From: Vicugna vicugna
Taxonomy: Eukaryota
Length of the DNA: 64,000 bases
Reading direction: 5' to 3'
Assembly (NCBI GenBank): GCA_013265495.1
Contig: MU061579.1
Coordinates: 62,001 to 126,000 of the forward strand
Shown here: positions 51,905-63,567 of the stretch, piece by piece
How the letters are laid out: every line of letters begins with the position of its first letter
How positions within the stretch are numbered: position 1 is the stretch's first letter
Translations under genes and position numbers: made by a program
The notes under the pieces: generated by a model
What the model was told of the DNA's origin: nothing
Seen by the model: the letters and a program-made list of their open reading frames with translations, nothing else
Databases searched by the model: none

Positions 51905-52298
51905 GGGGGTGATGTCAGCAAAATGGCTGGGAAGCCCGGGACCCCCACCCCCCATGGAGATACAGACTCAAGAACAACATAAAGACAAGCTCCCTTCATG
52001 GGAAAGCCAGAAACCAGTTGAGAGGTTCCTTCACTCCCAAGTGAGGGTGGAATCTGCTTCACTGGGTTGGGTAGCAAGAGTCCTGGCACTCACTCACCAT
52101 GTTCCCTTTCCCTGGCCCAAGGCTGGGTGAGCAGGAGGAAACTCCCAGCTCCCTGTTCCTTGCTGGGGAGGGGATAGCAAAGACTGAAACATATATAAAA
52201 TGTGCAGACTTTCCAGGGGCTGCCTGAGAAATGGGTTTCTGTCTTGCCAGAATCTCAGCATTGACAGGAATGGGTACTACAGTGGGGCTTACCGAGAA
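51905..52298 (+). mobile_element. L1 5' end (5'UTR, L1M2/M3-like)
   Basis: Begins 'ggggtgatgtcagcaaaatggc' (variant of the L1 YY1 box AAGATGGC); GC-rich; 'gaaaccagttgagagg', 'gactttccaggggctgcctgag'. Confidence 0.75.
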
Positions 52299-52705
52299 CA
52301 AACAAATGGTGGATGAGTGATTAGAGAAAATGTGGTATATACATACAATGGATATTCTTTAGGCTTAAAATGAAGAAATCCTGCCATAAGCTACAACATG
52401 TGGGAAACTGGAGGACATTATGCTAAGTAAATTAAGCCAGTCACAGAGAGATTCGATTCCACTTGTATGAAATATCTAAAGTAGTCAGAATCATAGAAGC
52501 AGAAAGTAGAATGGTGGCTTCCAGGGGCTGGAGCGATGGTAAAATGGGGACTCAATCTTCAGTGTGTATAGAGTTTCAGTCATACAAGATAAAAATGTTT
52601 GAGATCTGCTGTACAATAATGTGCATAGAGTTAAAAATACTGTACTTTGCACTTAAGAGGGTAGATTTTATGTTATTTTTTAACCATAATAATAGTTTTT
52701 AAAAA
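52299..52705 (+). mobile_element. L1 3'UTR (L1MA10/L1MB1-2-like)
   Basis: 'aaaatgtggtatatacatacaatgga', 'ggaggacattatgctaagt', 'gaagcagaaagtagaatggtgg', 'gagatctgctgtacaa', 'ttaagagggtagat'. Confidence 0.92.
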
Positions 52706-52709
52706 CCTG

Positions 52710-53670
52710 GAAAGTTTTGTTCGCCAAAAGACAGTTACAAGAATGAAATGATAAGCATAAACTAGGAGAAAGCATTAGTATATCATATGTCTGATAAAGG
52801 ACTTTTATTCAGAAAACTTAAAGAGCTAATGGTATGAAAACAAACTTCCCCCAAATTTTGAAAACTGGCAAAGAATCTGAACAAATGTTTCCTCCCCCAA
52901 AGAAGCTATCCAAATGGAAAATAAGCACATTAAAAGATGCTCAACTTCCTTACTCATCAGGGATATACAAACTGAAATCATAATTAGATACCAATATATA
53001 CCCACTCAATGGCTAAATAAAATAAAAAGAAATGTGAAAATACCAAGCAATGGTGAAGATGCAGAGTGCCCGGAGTTCTCACTTATTACTGGTGGAGATG
53101 TAAAATGGCCTGGGCTCTTTGGAAGACAGTTTGGAAGTTTCTTACAGAGATAAACATATAAGTACTATATGACTCATTAATCTCACACCTATGTATTTAC
53201 CTAAGAGAAATGAAAATACATGTTCACACAAAACCCTGCACATAAATGTTTATAGCAAGTCAATTCATAATTGCACCACACTGGAAATAATCCAGATATA
53301 CTTCACTTGTGAGTCAATAAACCATAGTACATCCATTCAGTGGAAGACTAGTCAACACAAAAAGCCTTGAACTGTCGATGCACAATTGATTTTGTTGGAT
53401 GACAGATGCCACACCCCAAAGGCTGCATATTCTTTGATACCATTTAAATGACATTATAGAAAAGACAAAATTATAGTGTTTGCCAGGGAGGAACTAGTTA
53501 CAAGAAGGCAGCATGGGGAAATGTTGTAGGGTGATCAAACCATTCTGTATCTCATTTGAGGTAATGATTATGAGGCCGTGCCGTGCATTTGTCAAATTCC
53601 ATAGAACTATACGTCAAAAGAGTAAATTTTAGTGAATATAAATTACATATAAATTTTGAAAATTAAAAAA
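52710..53670 (+). mobile_element. L1 ORF2 tail + 3'UTR (L1MC/MD-like)
   Basis: ORF 52914..53153 'NKHIKRCSTSLLIRDIQTEIIIRYQYIP' is the ORF2p C-terminus; 'catttgtcaaattccatagaact'. Confidence 0.9.
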
Positions 53671-54232
53671 TAACATAGTATATAATAAGTGGAACTTTTC
53701 TAGATTTTTTTTTTCCCTTCAAATCCTCAATTCAACCTCCACTCCTCCATACCAGCAGACACTATATGGAAATATATGACTGTGTTAATTTTGGTTTTTC
53801 AATTCCGGTAGCCTTTTTATATGTTTCATTTTCTGCTTTTCATGAGTGAATCTCTTTTTTTAAGTTGATCAATAACTTTTTATGGATTGTTTCACGTGTC
53901 ATCTCAGCCAGCCTCTCCCACCTTTTAGGTCAGGCAGTATGCCTGTCCTGTACGTTTCCATGCATATTGCATGCATCTCTCTTGTACCATTCACTTTACC
54001 AAATTATAGTTGTTTACTTTGGGGAACGTTCACCATATTAAGCCAATCATTTATTGCCAGCACCTTACTTAGTGTTTAGAAGAGAAAAGACATTTGAGAG
54101 GAAGATTTTGAATGACCAATAATGAATAATGAATTCTATTATTTAGCTTTGGATACTTAACAAAAAAAAAAACAACTTTTTTGCCATCTTTGTCTAAGAA
54201 AAAATAAATAGTATTTTTTTCTTCAATAAAAA

Positions 54233-54235
<3 letters not shown>

Positions 54236-54263
<28 letters not shown>
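54236..54263. repeat. (TA)n microsatellite
   Basis: About 14 TA units. Confidence 0.98.
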
Positions 54264-54267
<4 letters not shown>

Positions 54268-55724
54268 CTATAGTATAAACACTTTATATGTGAATACTTT
54301 CCAACTCTCAGTTCTAGGGTTTACCCCCTCTGAAACACATGTTTTCCTATTTTTTTCTCTGAGGCAGAGATCAGGAGAGTGCATTATCTATTCTGAGATA
54401 AATAGATTATTTCTGTGGCTTGGAAATTTCTAATTCAGAGATACACTTCTAAATCCAATCTAAACTTTAATTCAGTGAAATGCTTTAGAGTTTTTCTGGA
54501 TTTTTACCACACAATAAGGCTAGCACACAAATAACTACTTCTGCAACTTTAAATTACTTTATATATTTATTGAGAAACTTGGCAGGGTTCATAGATAAAT
54601 TTTCAATCTTCATTTTGTGTATATCTGACAATGCTCCCAGACTATAGAATTTCAGCAAAAGATACTGGGTCGCCACATATCTTTGTTGGAAGTTATGTTG
54701 CTCTACTTTTTAAGACATTCATCCTGGGTAACTTATTATAATCCAGGGTCAAAGCTGCAAAGACAGTAGAATTTCTGTTCCAACTTGATTGCAAGTTAAC
54801 AGGATAGGCAGACTGAAACCTGATGGTCAACAATTGTCACTTTATCATATCCATATTTCGTTACCTGATAGCAACAGAATTGATAAGCTGATTTGTTTAT
54901 TTGATATACTAGTGTTATCTTAGAATTAAAAAAAACATTTTTAAGTAGCATCTTCTAATACAGATGTGTGTGTTTGTGTGTGTGTGCGCACTCAAGTATC
55001 ATGGACGGAGGAGGTACATGCATAGAGTATGTCACAAGACATTAGACTTTTTAACTTCAGTGAACATGCAAGAAAAAAAAGACTGTTTTACTCCCAGAAA
55101 GCATTAGTTGAAAAGAGTCTAGAGTGCTAAACATAGTAGAGAGAGATCTAGAACTCAATTAATATAGTTAAATTTTAATGGTAATGCATTCTTTAATTTA
55201 GATTTCGGAAAGAGTATTTATACTATCTTCCGTGTGTTCATTTGTGCCATTTTTATGTTTAACCTCCAAATAGGGAATATATTTACCAATTTTACCTCTG
55301 AACACTTTCACATTTGTGCTTAATTGGAAACAAACAGACAAAAAGAGAGAAATGTTAAATTGAGTAGAAACATTTTTTTTAATGGCATGTATCAAACATG
55401 TGTAGGGGTCACCTCCTAGCATTGTGGAGTGCTGGGCATTTTGAACACTGAATGTAGTCTGCATAAGAATTAATAAATGAAATAGGAAACAGGAAGCCAG
55501 CACAGACCCTCCGACGTCAAGGCTCCAAGTTGCTACTAGTATTTTAATATTATTACTCAAACAACAACAACAACAAAGCTAATAATTCTGAATGTGTAAT
55601 AAGTGCTGTGTGAATTTGTTTCTGTTAATATTTTGACATCTCAATTTGTTTAAGTAGCATCCACAGAGATAGAAAAAAATGTGTCCTCATTAGTACCCTA
55701 ACTTCTCATCCTTTATCTTTCCCT

Positions 55725-56130
55725 TGTATCAATTAGGATGCTTCTGGCAAGTAGTGTACCACCTGAGAAAGTGGAGGGTTAATTTGATGTTTGGCATCTC
55801 AGTTATTTTATGTTTTGCATATTTTCTGAAATTCTCTTGACCTTCCTTATATTCAGAAAGTGGCAAGTGCAGAACCAAAACCCACATCTTTCTGAACAAC
55901 ATCAAAAGACCAGAAGGAAGGGAATAAAGACGTATGTTCCTCTTGAGTCTTTTTTTATCAAGAGAATTATTTCCCCAAATCTTCACTCAGTTCCCAGGGA
56001 ACTCCTGCACCTTCTGCTTTTATTGCATTGGCTTGAACTAGTTCACATACCCATCCTTAGATTAAATGCTAAAACACTGAATGGCATTTCAGATTGGTCA
56101 ATTGTAGTTTATTACCTAAAGTGGGCAGAG
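55725..56130. mobile_element. Old MaLR LTR (MLT1K/L-like)
   Basis: 'tgtatcaattaggatgcttctggcaag', 'cattggcttgaactagttcacatacccatcctta'. Confidence 0.5.
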
Positions 56131-56264
56131 TCAAATTCCCTGAGAACTTTAACACTCTCCTGTTTGAATCTTACTTCTCATAATTATGGTTTTATTTTAT
56201 CTGTGTTCCTTTCTTTCTTTGACGTAATTGTTGTTCCTAAATTTTTATTCTCACTATATCCATC

Positions 56265-56715
56265 CTGTACTCCAAGAAACAGACATTAAGCAGGATAAGC
56301 CATGGAAGAGAGGTATCAAAAATAAAACATGTGAAGGATCCATGGTGAGGGAATGAGTGTAGGTAAGGAAAGCCTTCAGACCACAATGTAGATATGACAC
56401 CATTGGAAATTGGGAAAGAGAAAGGATTAGGTATTTCTCAGATAATTCTGAGAAAATTTTAGCCATGTATATATGAGGAGCTCCTGAGCAAAGGCTACCT
56501 GTTGAAGAAGTCCTGCATCAGGTGGGATCGGGCCAGCTCTGGTACCCGCACTGCCCGCAGTCACTGATGGGAGTGGAATGAGGAGCATCTGGTCTTACCA
56601 TAAACACCATAGTGGATTCCAAGGGGCAGAAGCTGATGGAAGCTGTCAGTCCACTCCGTTTCCCTAGGAGTTCTCTCGGGTGAGATCAGAGCAGCACACC
56701 TTCACGGCCACTGCA
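56265..56715 (-). mobile_element. LTR16-family LTR, the 3' LTR of a minus-strand ERVL-class provirus
   Basis: 'gccttcagaccacaatg', 'ttctgagaaaatt', 'gagcaaaggctacctgtt', 'agctgtcag', 'gagatcagagcagcacacc...ggccactgca'; adjacent 'gttcacccctt' is a reverse polypurine tract. Confidence 0.8.
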
Positions 56716-58450
56716 GTTCACCCCTTGTTCTGCATAGATCCATTTATCCATCCACATTCTGGAGCAGCTACTCCATGGCTCCCTAAAGGAGAATGTAGGA
56801 GAGGGAAGTTAATGAGATGAACTATGGTCCCTGCCACTGCCATTGTTCTTTGGAACACATCCTCTTTGTTTTTCATCGTACATTTGAAATTTTCGGTTTT
56901 CACCTTCAAAGGGTTTGGTGGCTTATGTGGTAGTGTGAACTACTCCTAATCCCCCTTTACTGTGAAGAACATTACTGGCCTGAAACTATATTGTGTGAAA
57001 TTTTATGCTAGTGAGTCAGGTATATTGTAAAACTCTAGGTGGTAGACTGGCTGAGGTTCTTTGGGCAGAAAAGGTAAATCCATATGTTAAATACTCACAT
57101 AACTATGAGGATGAACTATTGGCCTTTCTAAAATGGGAGAGACTTCATAAAATCTACTTGCCACCAAAAGTCTGATTGAGATAGAATTCTTTGAGATAGA
57201 ATTCAACATCAGGGCTCCATCATTGGCAGCAACGTGGACGACATGGAGAACTGGGCTACTTGTTCATGAAGCTTACATGTGCCCTCTGGTCCTATTCAAG
57301 CTCAAAACCTCTGGTGGTGCCATGTATTGAATTATGTCCTCCTACAGTATATACTGAAGTTGAACCCCCAGGACTTGTGGATGTGACTACTTTGAAATAG
57401 TGTCTTTGGAAATGTAATCAAGTTAAGATGAGGTCATTATGGTGGAACCTAATTCAATATGACTGATATTGTTAAAAGAGGTGAACACTGTGTGAAGACA
57501 GAGACACAAGGAGAATGCCATGTAATGCCAGAAATAAAAACTGGATGCAGCTACAAGCCAAGGAACACCAAGGACTGATGGCCACCACCAGAAGCTAGGA
57601 AGACACAAGGAAGGATTATCCTCTACAGGTTTCCGAGGAAGGATGGCCCTGCTGACATCTTGGTGTTTCACTTCTGGCCTTCAGAACTGTTAGATAAAGC
57701 ATTTCTGTTGCTGTAGGCCAGCCAATTTTTGGTACTTTATGATGGCAACCCTGGGAAGCTAATACACTTGGCTTTCTAGAATATCAGTTTGACTCAGTTG
57801 AACTATAGTTCTCAGAATAATCTTTCCCATAGCTTTCAAATGGGTGGACCATAATAGATACTGCTGTACCGGCTTTTCAGGGTGAAAGTGAAGCAGCCAC
57901 ATTTTGTTCTTGAAAACACTAAAGTTCAGGTCAGGTCGTTTTGTAATGTGCACACATTGTCCTTTATCTGCTGGCTCACCTCATTGGTACCCAGGCCTGG
58001 CCGCTGTAGGAAGCCTGCACCTACTGCACCTTTACCCGGATCCTCCTTTAGCTTCTTTGACTCTTGGACCAGTTGTGTGGGAAAAAGATGCCACCTATTT
58101 CATCATGGTTGGAGACGGTGAGAGAGGACATGAGTTCCAGTAGGTCCTGAGTCCCAGCTCGAGATTGTAGTTACCAGCCCAGGCTTGTGGATTCCGGCTT
58201 GTCTTTGCTGTAGGAAAACAGCTCTGGAAAGTTAAAATGTTTCCACCTAGACCTTATAGGCAAGGGTTGTTGCTGATTTTGAACTTGGCAGAATACTCTG
58301 TGATAGTCCTGGAACATGAGAACGTGGGAGTCTTGTGAGGAACAGGTAAAAGGTCGTCCCATATCCACCTCCTGTCTGCCATGGAGTTGCTGGTTCTCTC
58401 CGACACTCAGAGCCTGATGAAGTGTGAGGCTTTCTGCCTCACCATCCTTA
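56716..58450 (-). mobile_element. ERVL-class internal sequence (ERV3-16A3-like) with degraded pol, split by an MLT1 LTR
   Basis: Polypurine tract next to LTR16; reverse strand of 57830-58450 resembles the ERVL pol connection/RNase H region ('QALSVGENQQLHGRQEVDM...QQ...RWK'). Confidence 0.65.
57318..57766 (+). mobile_element. MLT1C-like MaLR solo LTR
   Basis: 'ttgaattatgtcc', 'gtaatcaagttaagatgaggtcat', 'gcagctacaagccaaggaacaccaagga', 'cttctggccttcagaactg'; ends 'ctaataca'. Confidence 0.92.
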
Positions 58451-58806
58451 AAGTGCAGCTGCAGAATGTAAAACCGCTTAGCTACAGCGTGGCATGGTCT
58501 TTTCAACTATATGGTGTCCTACAGCCATGATGCTTTATCATATAGTCTTTTGGTTTAGATGCCATCCTGTAGGACAAAACTGGCATCTCTGGCTACTCTT
58601 GCTTTTAATTTCTATATGAGTAATAAAATCTCTGAACCTAAAAAGTTTTTGTGTTTTTAATGGCAGAATCTATCAACTTGGCCTGACATCTGCTGTCCTC
58701 AAGTTTATATTCACTTTTTTACCTCTAAGTGCCTGCCCTATGAACCATAAGTGATCAGATGCAAAGACAACAGCCTTATTGTTTAAAGTCAAATTCATAT
58801 TAAAAA

Positions 58807-58864
58807 ATATATATGTATGTCTATATATATATATTTATGTGTATATATATGTATGTATATATAT
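58807..58864. repeat. Imperfect (TA)/(TATG) low-complexity repeat
   Basis: Seen directly. Confidence 0.9.
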
Positions 58865-60770
58865 GAATGGGGAGGGAAAATAATCCACTGTTTTTGGAAT
58901 TACTGGAAACTGGCACAGAATTCACACTAATCACTGGAGACCCACATCACCATTGTTGGCCCACCATTCAGATTAGAAGGTTGGAGCAACAGAATTTTAG
59001 CTTGCTTTGTTCTTACAGTGAGACCAATGGGTCCTCAAGGCCACCACCGTGTGATGATTTTCTGAGTTCTGGAATGCAAAGTGGAAATAAACTTCTACAG
59101 CAGGTGGCATTGCTATAGTTTTCTGAGTCATAGAGTGGAACTGTTATTGTAGAAAAAGCATGTGAAAGCCACTCAAACTATTACTGCATACAAAAATGCT
59201 AAGCCAAAAACAATACTAGGTTCCCTGAGAAACTGCAAAGATTAGTGCCATGAACACTTGAAAGATGAAGCATGGTGATTCCTCCATTCGGTTCTCTTGT
59301 TTGGCCTGTGATGCAGACACCTAATCTTGGAGAATGAGAATGGATTATTGTGCATTTAATCAGCAGAGACTGAACGACAGCTACTGTTCCAGATGTACTT
59401 TAATTGTCTGAGCAAATCTGCACATCTCTTGGCACCTGGTATGTGGGAATTGAGCTGACAACTGCATTTCCCCGATCTCTGTTAGGAAAGATCGTTAGAA
59501 GCAGCTTTATTTCACCTGGCAGGGCCATTCTTAGGCCCCCTTGCCCCATTTTAGGATTATATCAACTCTCTGGCCCTGTGTCATATCCTGGACCACAAGG
59601 ACCTTGATCAACTTTCCATTTTGTCATCTCAAGAACAAAAGAATATGCAACAGATCCAGGCTTCCGTGCAGGCTGGTCTGCCAGCTGGGCCACATGAGTT
59701 AGCAGATCTGATGTTGTTTGAGGTATCAGTGGTAGGTAGGGAGGCTTTGTGGAGCCTTTGACAGAGCCTTATAGATGCAGACCCTTGGGATTTTTTGAGC
59801 AAAGATATGTTATCTTCTGTAGATAACCATTCTCCTTTGGAGAGTTTTTGAATTGTTCCCAGGCCTTAGTAGAAGCTGAATGCTTTACCATGGGCTTTCA
59901 AGTTAACATGTGATCCAAGCTGCCCATCATGATTCTTTGATCCATAAAGTTGGGCATGTGTAGCCCCATTCCTCAAGATGAAAGCGGTTTATATGAGATC
60001 AGCTTCAAGCACATCCTGAAGGTACAGATAAAATGCAAGAGAAAGTGCCCCAAAGCTCCATTGCCTGTGCTTCTGCACTGACTTCTCTTTCTCAGTCTAG
60101 GCATATGTGTTGACGTTGGAGAAGGTCATCAAGAGGAAGTGACCATCAGCTGACCCGAAAGCTGGACTTGAGGAGTGGAAGGCTCTTACCCACTCCCCAT
60201 CCTTAGAATGTGCATTCTGTTGGCCTTCCCTGAGCTAGAACCTGCTCCAGGGTCACAGTCTTGAGAGAGCAATGAGTTGTTGAGACCATCCAGATGATAT
60301 ATGTGTCTGAACCGAATTAAGGCTTCTAGATAAACTTTTAAGATTCTGGAGGGTGAATGTGGAGACCTACTTATGGAGCAGTCACCCAAGACAAGCTGCA
60401 TATGTGAATTCCCTTGCTTATTAAACCTGCCACCTACCAATTCGGTGTGGCTTACCTCTTTCTTTGGTCTCTCTTTGCTCTGTGAATGGGGACCAGTTTG
60501 TGAACCAACAGCTGAACAGGTGATTGAGGAGTAAATCTCAGCTTTGTTCCCTAACGGTTCTGTGCAATATGCAGACGTGACCCAGAAGTGGACAGCTGAA
60601 GTGCTGCTGCACCAGCCCAGGATGGTCCTGAAAGACGATGCTCCGGGGAACTCTTCCCAGTGGGCAGAACTTCAAGCAGCACAACTGGTTATTCATTTTG
60701 CCTGGAAGGAGAGATCACCAGAGGCTATGGATCTCCCACACTTACGGACTGTGGTTCTGCAGCTCCGACC
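58865..60770 (+). mobile_element. ERVL (HERV-L-like) internal pro-pol remnant, interrupted by an LTR
   Basis: ORF 58867..59118 'LLETGTEFTLITGDPHHHC' resembles ERVL protease 'LLDTGSELTLIPGDPKHHC'; ORF 60544..60789 'NGSVQYA..TQKWTA...SSQWAELQA..LVIHFAWKE' resembles ERVL RNase H. Confidence 0.92.
60108..60510 (+). mobile_element. Solo LTR of unassigned family inserted in ERVL pol
   Basis: ~400 bp bounded by TGTTG...CAACA; ATTAAA near 60420 followed by a pyrimidine-rich U5-like stretch; ERVL homology resumes on both sides. Confidence 0.8.
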
Positions 60771-61041
60771 ATCTACCGAAGGATTCTAAAACTACAAATA
60801 TTTGTCTCTAGTTATTAAAATGCAATAGAATCATTAAACTTAATTTTCCAATGTTTATTATTTAATAATATTCTGTGTATTTTTTTCTGTTGTAGTTAAC
60901 AGTTAAATACTTAAAATAGGACGTTTATAAGTTAATCTTCTTAAGAATTAAAAAAAAATCTATTTGATAGTCAGATTTGGGGAGTAGTAAAAGAACCTCA
61001 AAAAACATCTTAGATTTGAATGAATGAAAGGAAAATGAAAC

Positions 61042-61517
61042 TGTCGACTGAAATAAATGCTCAGCCTAAAAGCTGAGTGTTATGTTTTACTTGGCGGGAG
61101 GACTCGAGCTGGGATGACAGCCTCTCAGATCTCTCTGAGGGACTGCTCCAAAGAGGTAGGGGAGGAGCTAGGATATATAGGAGCTTTACAGTAAAGACCA
61201 GGTAGTTGGAGCAATAAAAGATTACTTGTTATCTAAAGAAAACCAGGCATCTCAAGTTAAAGAATTTAGCATTTTTCTATGTATGGGAGGAAGCAAACAT
61301 TTGGGTTCATTGAATTCATTCTTTTGACAAGCACCTAGCTATCTAGGGCCGGTATCCTGTCCTTTCTTATTCTGAGTCCCCTCAGGGTGCACCATGGTGA
61401 GTGGCTACAGAGGCTGGGCTGCAGGCTTGTGTTCACTGGGGGGTGGCAGCAACCACTGATGACTTGGTTTCAGCATTCTTTGTTTACTGATACGGTTTGC
61501 AGAATTTTTTGTTCACA
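61042..61517 (-). mobile_element. Relatively young ERV1-like solo LTR (cetartiodactyl-type)
   Basis: TG...CA ends; minus strand begins 'tgtgaacaaaaaattctg...tatcagtaaacaaagaatg'; has TATA-like 'cctatatatcc' and AGTAAA; several CpGs retained. Confidence 0.8.
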
Positions 61518-62026
61518 AGGCTAAGAACAAGATAAGAATAATGGCAACATAACTAGTTTGGTTGCAGAATCCCAGTTTATTAGGATGTAAGTGTGTAAAG
61601 ATTTTTGTTGTCTGGCTGCTTTCAACTGTGCTCTACTGAATCTCCCATCTGTACCAGCTTACAGAGACTCTTCATACTTGAGGTGGTTTTCACAACTCCT
61701 CTGCTCCTTTTGGCCTTTAAAATTTAGTTCAGTCAATTCTTTAAAACTGAATCACCTATCAAATCCAAAGTTCTTTTCCTCCTCCCTCACAGGCAAGTCT
61801 AATGTGTAGGAACAAATGGTCTTCTCTCGTAACACCCCCTTTTTTTTTTTTCCTCATTTCTTCTTCTCTGAGATTCTATATTTTCAAGGACTTCATACTA
61901 GCACTTGGCCTGAAATTGAAAATGGATTAAAAAAAATGAAAAAAGAGGGAAAGAATAGGCTCTCAAAATACTCCAGTCTTCACCTAGAGAATGCTTATGT
62001 ACAACATGCTTTCTCCTATCCACTGG

Positions 62027-62057
<31 letters not shown>

Positions 62058-63128
62058 GATGTGCAGAAAAAACTGAACTTATAAATAAGGTGATCAAAAT
62101 TTCTTCAGCAGTTATACTCAGAACAACTTTTTATGATCCTCCTTGAGATCCTAATACATTTGTGTTTGTCACACTCTGTAAATACCAGTGTACTGTGACT
62201 GTTTTAAAAAGCATGGTGACAATTAATCTTTTTATATTAGACTTCGGTGGATTTTGCATTGCGGATAAAAAAGCAACTATTGATATGGCTGCAGTAGACC
62301 TTAAAGATAATTTAGACAAGAGAGATAATGTGATATACCCAAATCCATCATGAGCTGCAGCTAGAATTCTCCTCTCCTATTTCTTACATCAATTTCTTAA
62401 AATGTGAATTAATCGGTAGTGGAAAAGTATTAGATTTATATATTCACATGTATAAAATACATAGATACAGAGCTTGGCTGTTTCATTTGATATATTTAAT
62501 AAAGGAAATGACAAGGAATAAAATGTCTCCTAGCACCTGCATCACAGATGTTAGCAGAGTTGGAGAGACTCAGCACTATTATAGACTGGTGTATTAAAGC
62601 AGTGCTGCTTGGTCACATTTTACTCAAATGCAGTTCTGACAGATATTAGTGAGTATGAGTGAGAGAAAAAGTTACTTGAAGATAATTGGGAAGGTACCGA
62701 GGGTTGGATGGAGAGCGAAGTCTGGAATGGGGATGTTAGGGGCTTGAACATCAGCTGGCTCTTTCTCTCAACCCCATCTCCCTTTCTCTCTCTTTAGCTT
62801 TGAACTTTATTCCCACTCACTTTGCAGGAGAGTGGCCTGCGCTCACATTTTCTGATTCCCACAGTCAGAATGAGAAGGAACCATTGTGACAAGCTACAGT
62901 ACAATAAAACGAGAAAGGGCACAACTCGGTTTCTCATGGGAGATTTCCTATCAATGAACTATTTCCTCTGGCTGTGTAGGTGAGGTGAGGCAATCAGAAG
63001 ACAGCTTGCTTTCAGGCCTCTTCACTTTTCTGGAATAATGAAGACTTGTTTCTCAAAGTGGCTGGAGTGAGTTACCAATGACCCCAGAAAGAATCAGTGG
63101 AAGTTAGGTAGACACTCCTCCCCAACCT

Positions 63129-63167
63129 CCACCACCACCACCACCACCACCACTACCACCACCACCA
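63129..63167. repeat. (CCA)n trinucleotide repeat
   Basis: About 13 units, one interruption. Confidence 0.97.
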
Positions 63168-63567
63168 TTTGAGTATACTAATCTGAATAACATGATGTGT
63201 TGGATAAAAACATGCTCAACATAATCTAAGAGTAGGCTTCCAATACCATAGACCACTGCTTGTTTCTTAGTTACAAGCACGGGACAATTTCACTGAAATT
63301 TTCCTTTATTTGATTCTGAAAAGGTCATTGATATTTCTATTCCAAATCAAATTGCATAGCAATATGAAAATGCTCAGAGATTTAGGGTTGCATGAATGGT
63401 TTTGAATATTCCTGCAGGGTGTAACAGCAGAGCTGACCGGGGCCCCTCAGGCCCCCTGCTAGGCACAGCCACATCATTTATCACATGCCGCGTTAGGGAT
63501 GAAATAACAAGTTTGATATTAAATTGGCAAAAAAACCCAAAAACTAAGAAACAAAAATCAGCTCACT

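Noticed and set aside
55810..56289. Longest ORF (159 aa, +)
   Set aside because: Overlaps a decayed MaLR LTR and T-rich DNA; no domain similarity or splice context
57176..57204. Tandem duplication TTGAGATAGAATTC x2
   Set aside because: Ordinary slippage duplication inside an ERV remnant
58867..60789. ERVL protease/RNase H ORFs as a domesticated gene
   Set aside because: Catalytic motifs altered (DTG to ETG, TDGS to PNGS), with stops, frameshifts, a deletion and an LTR insertion
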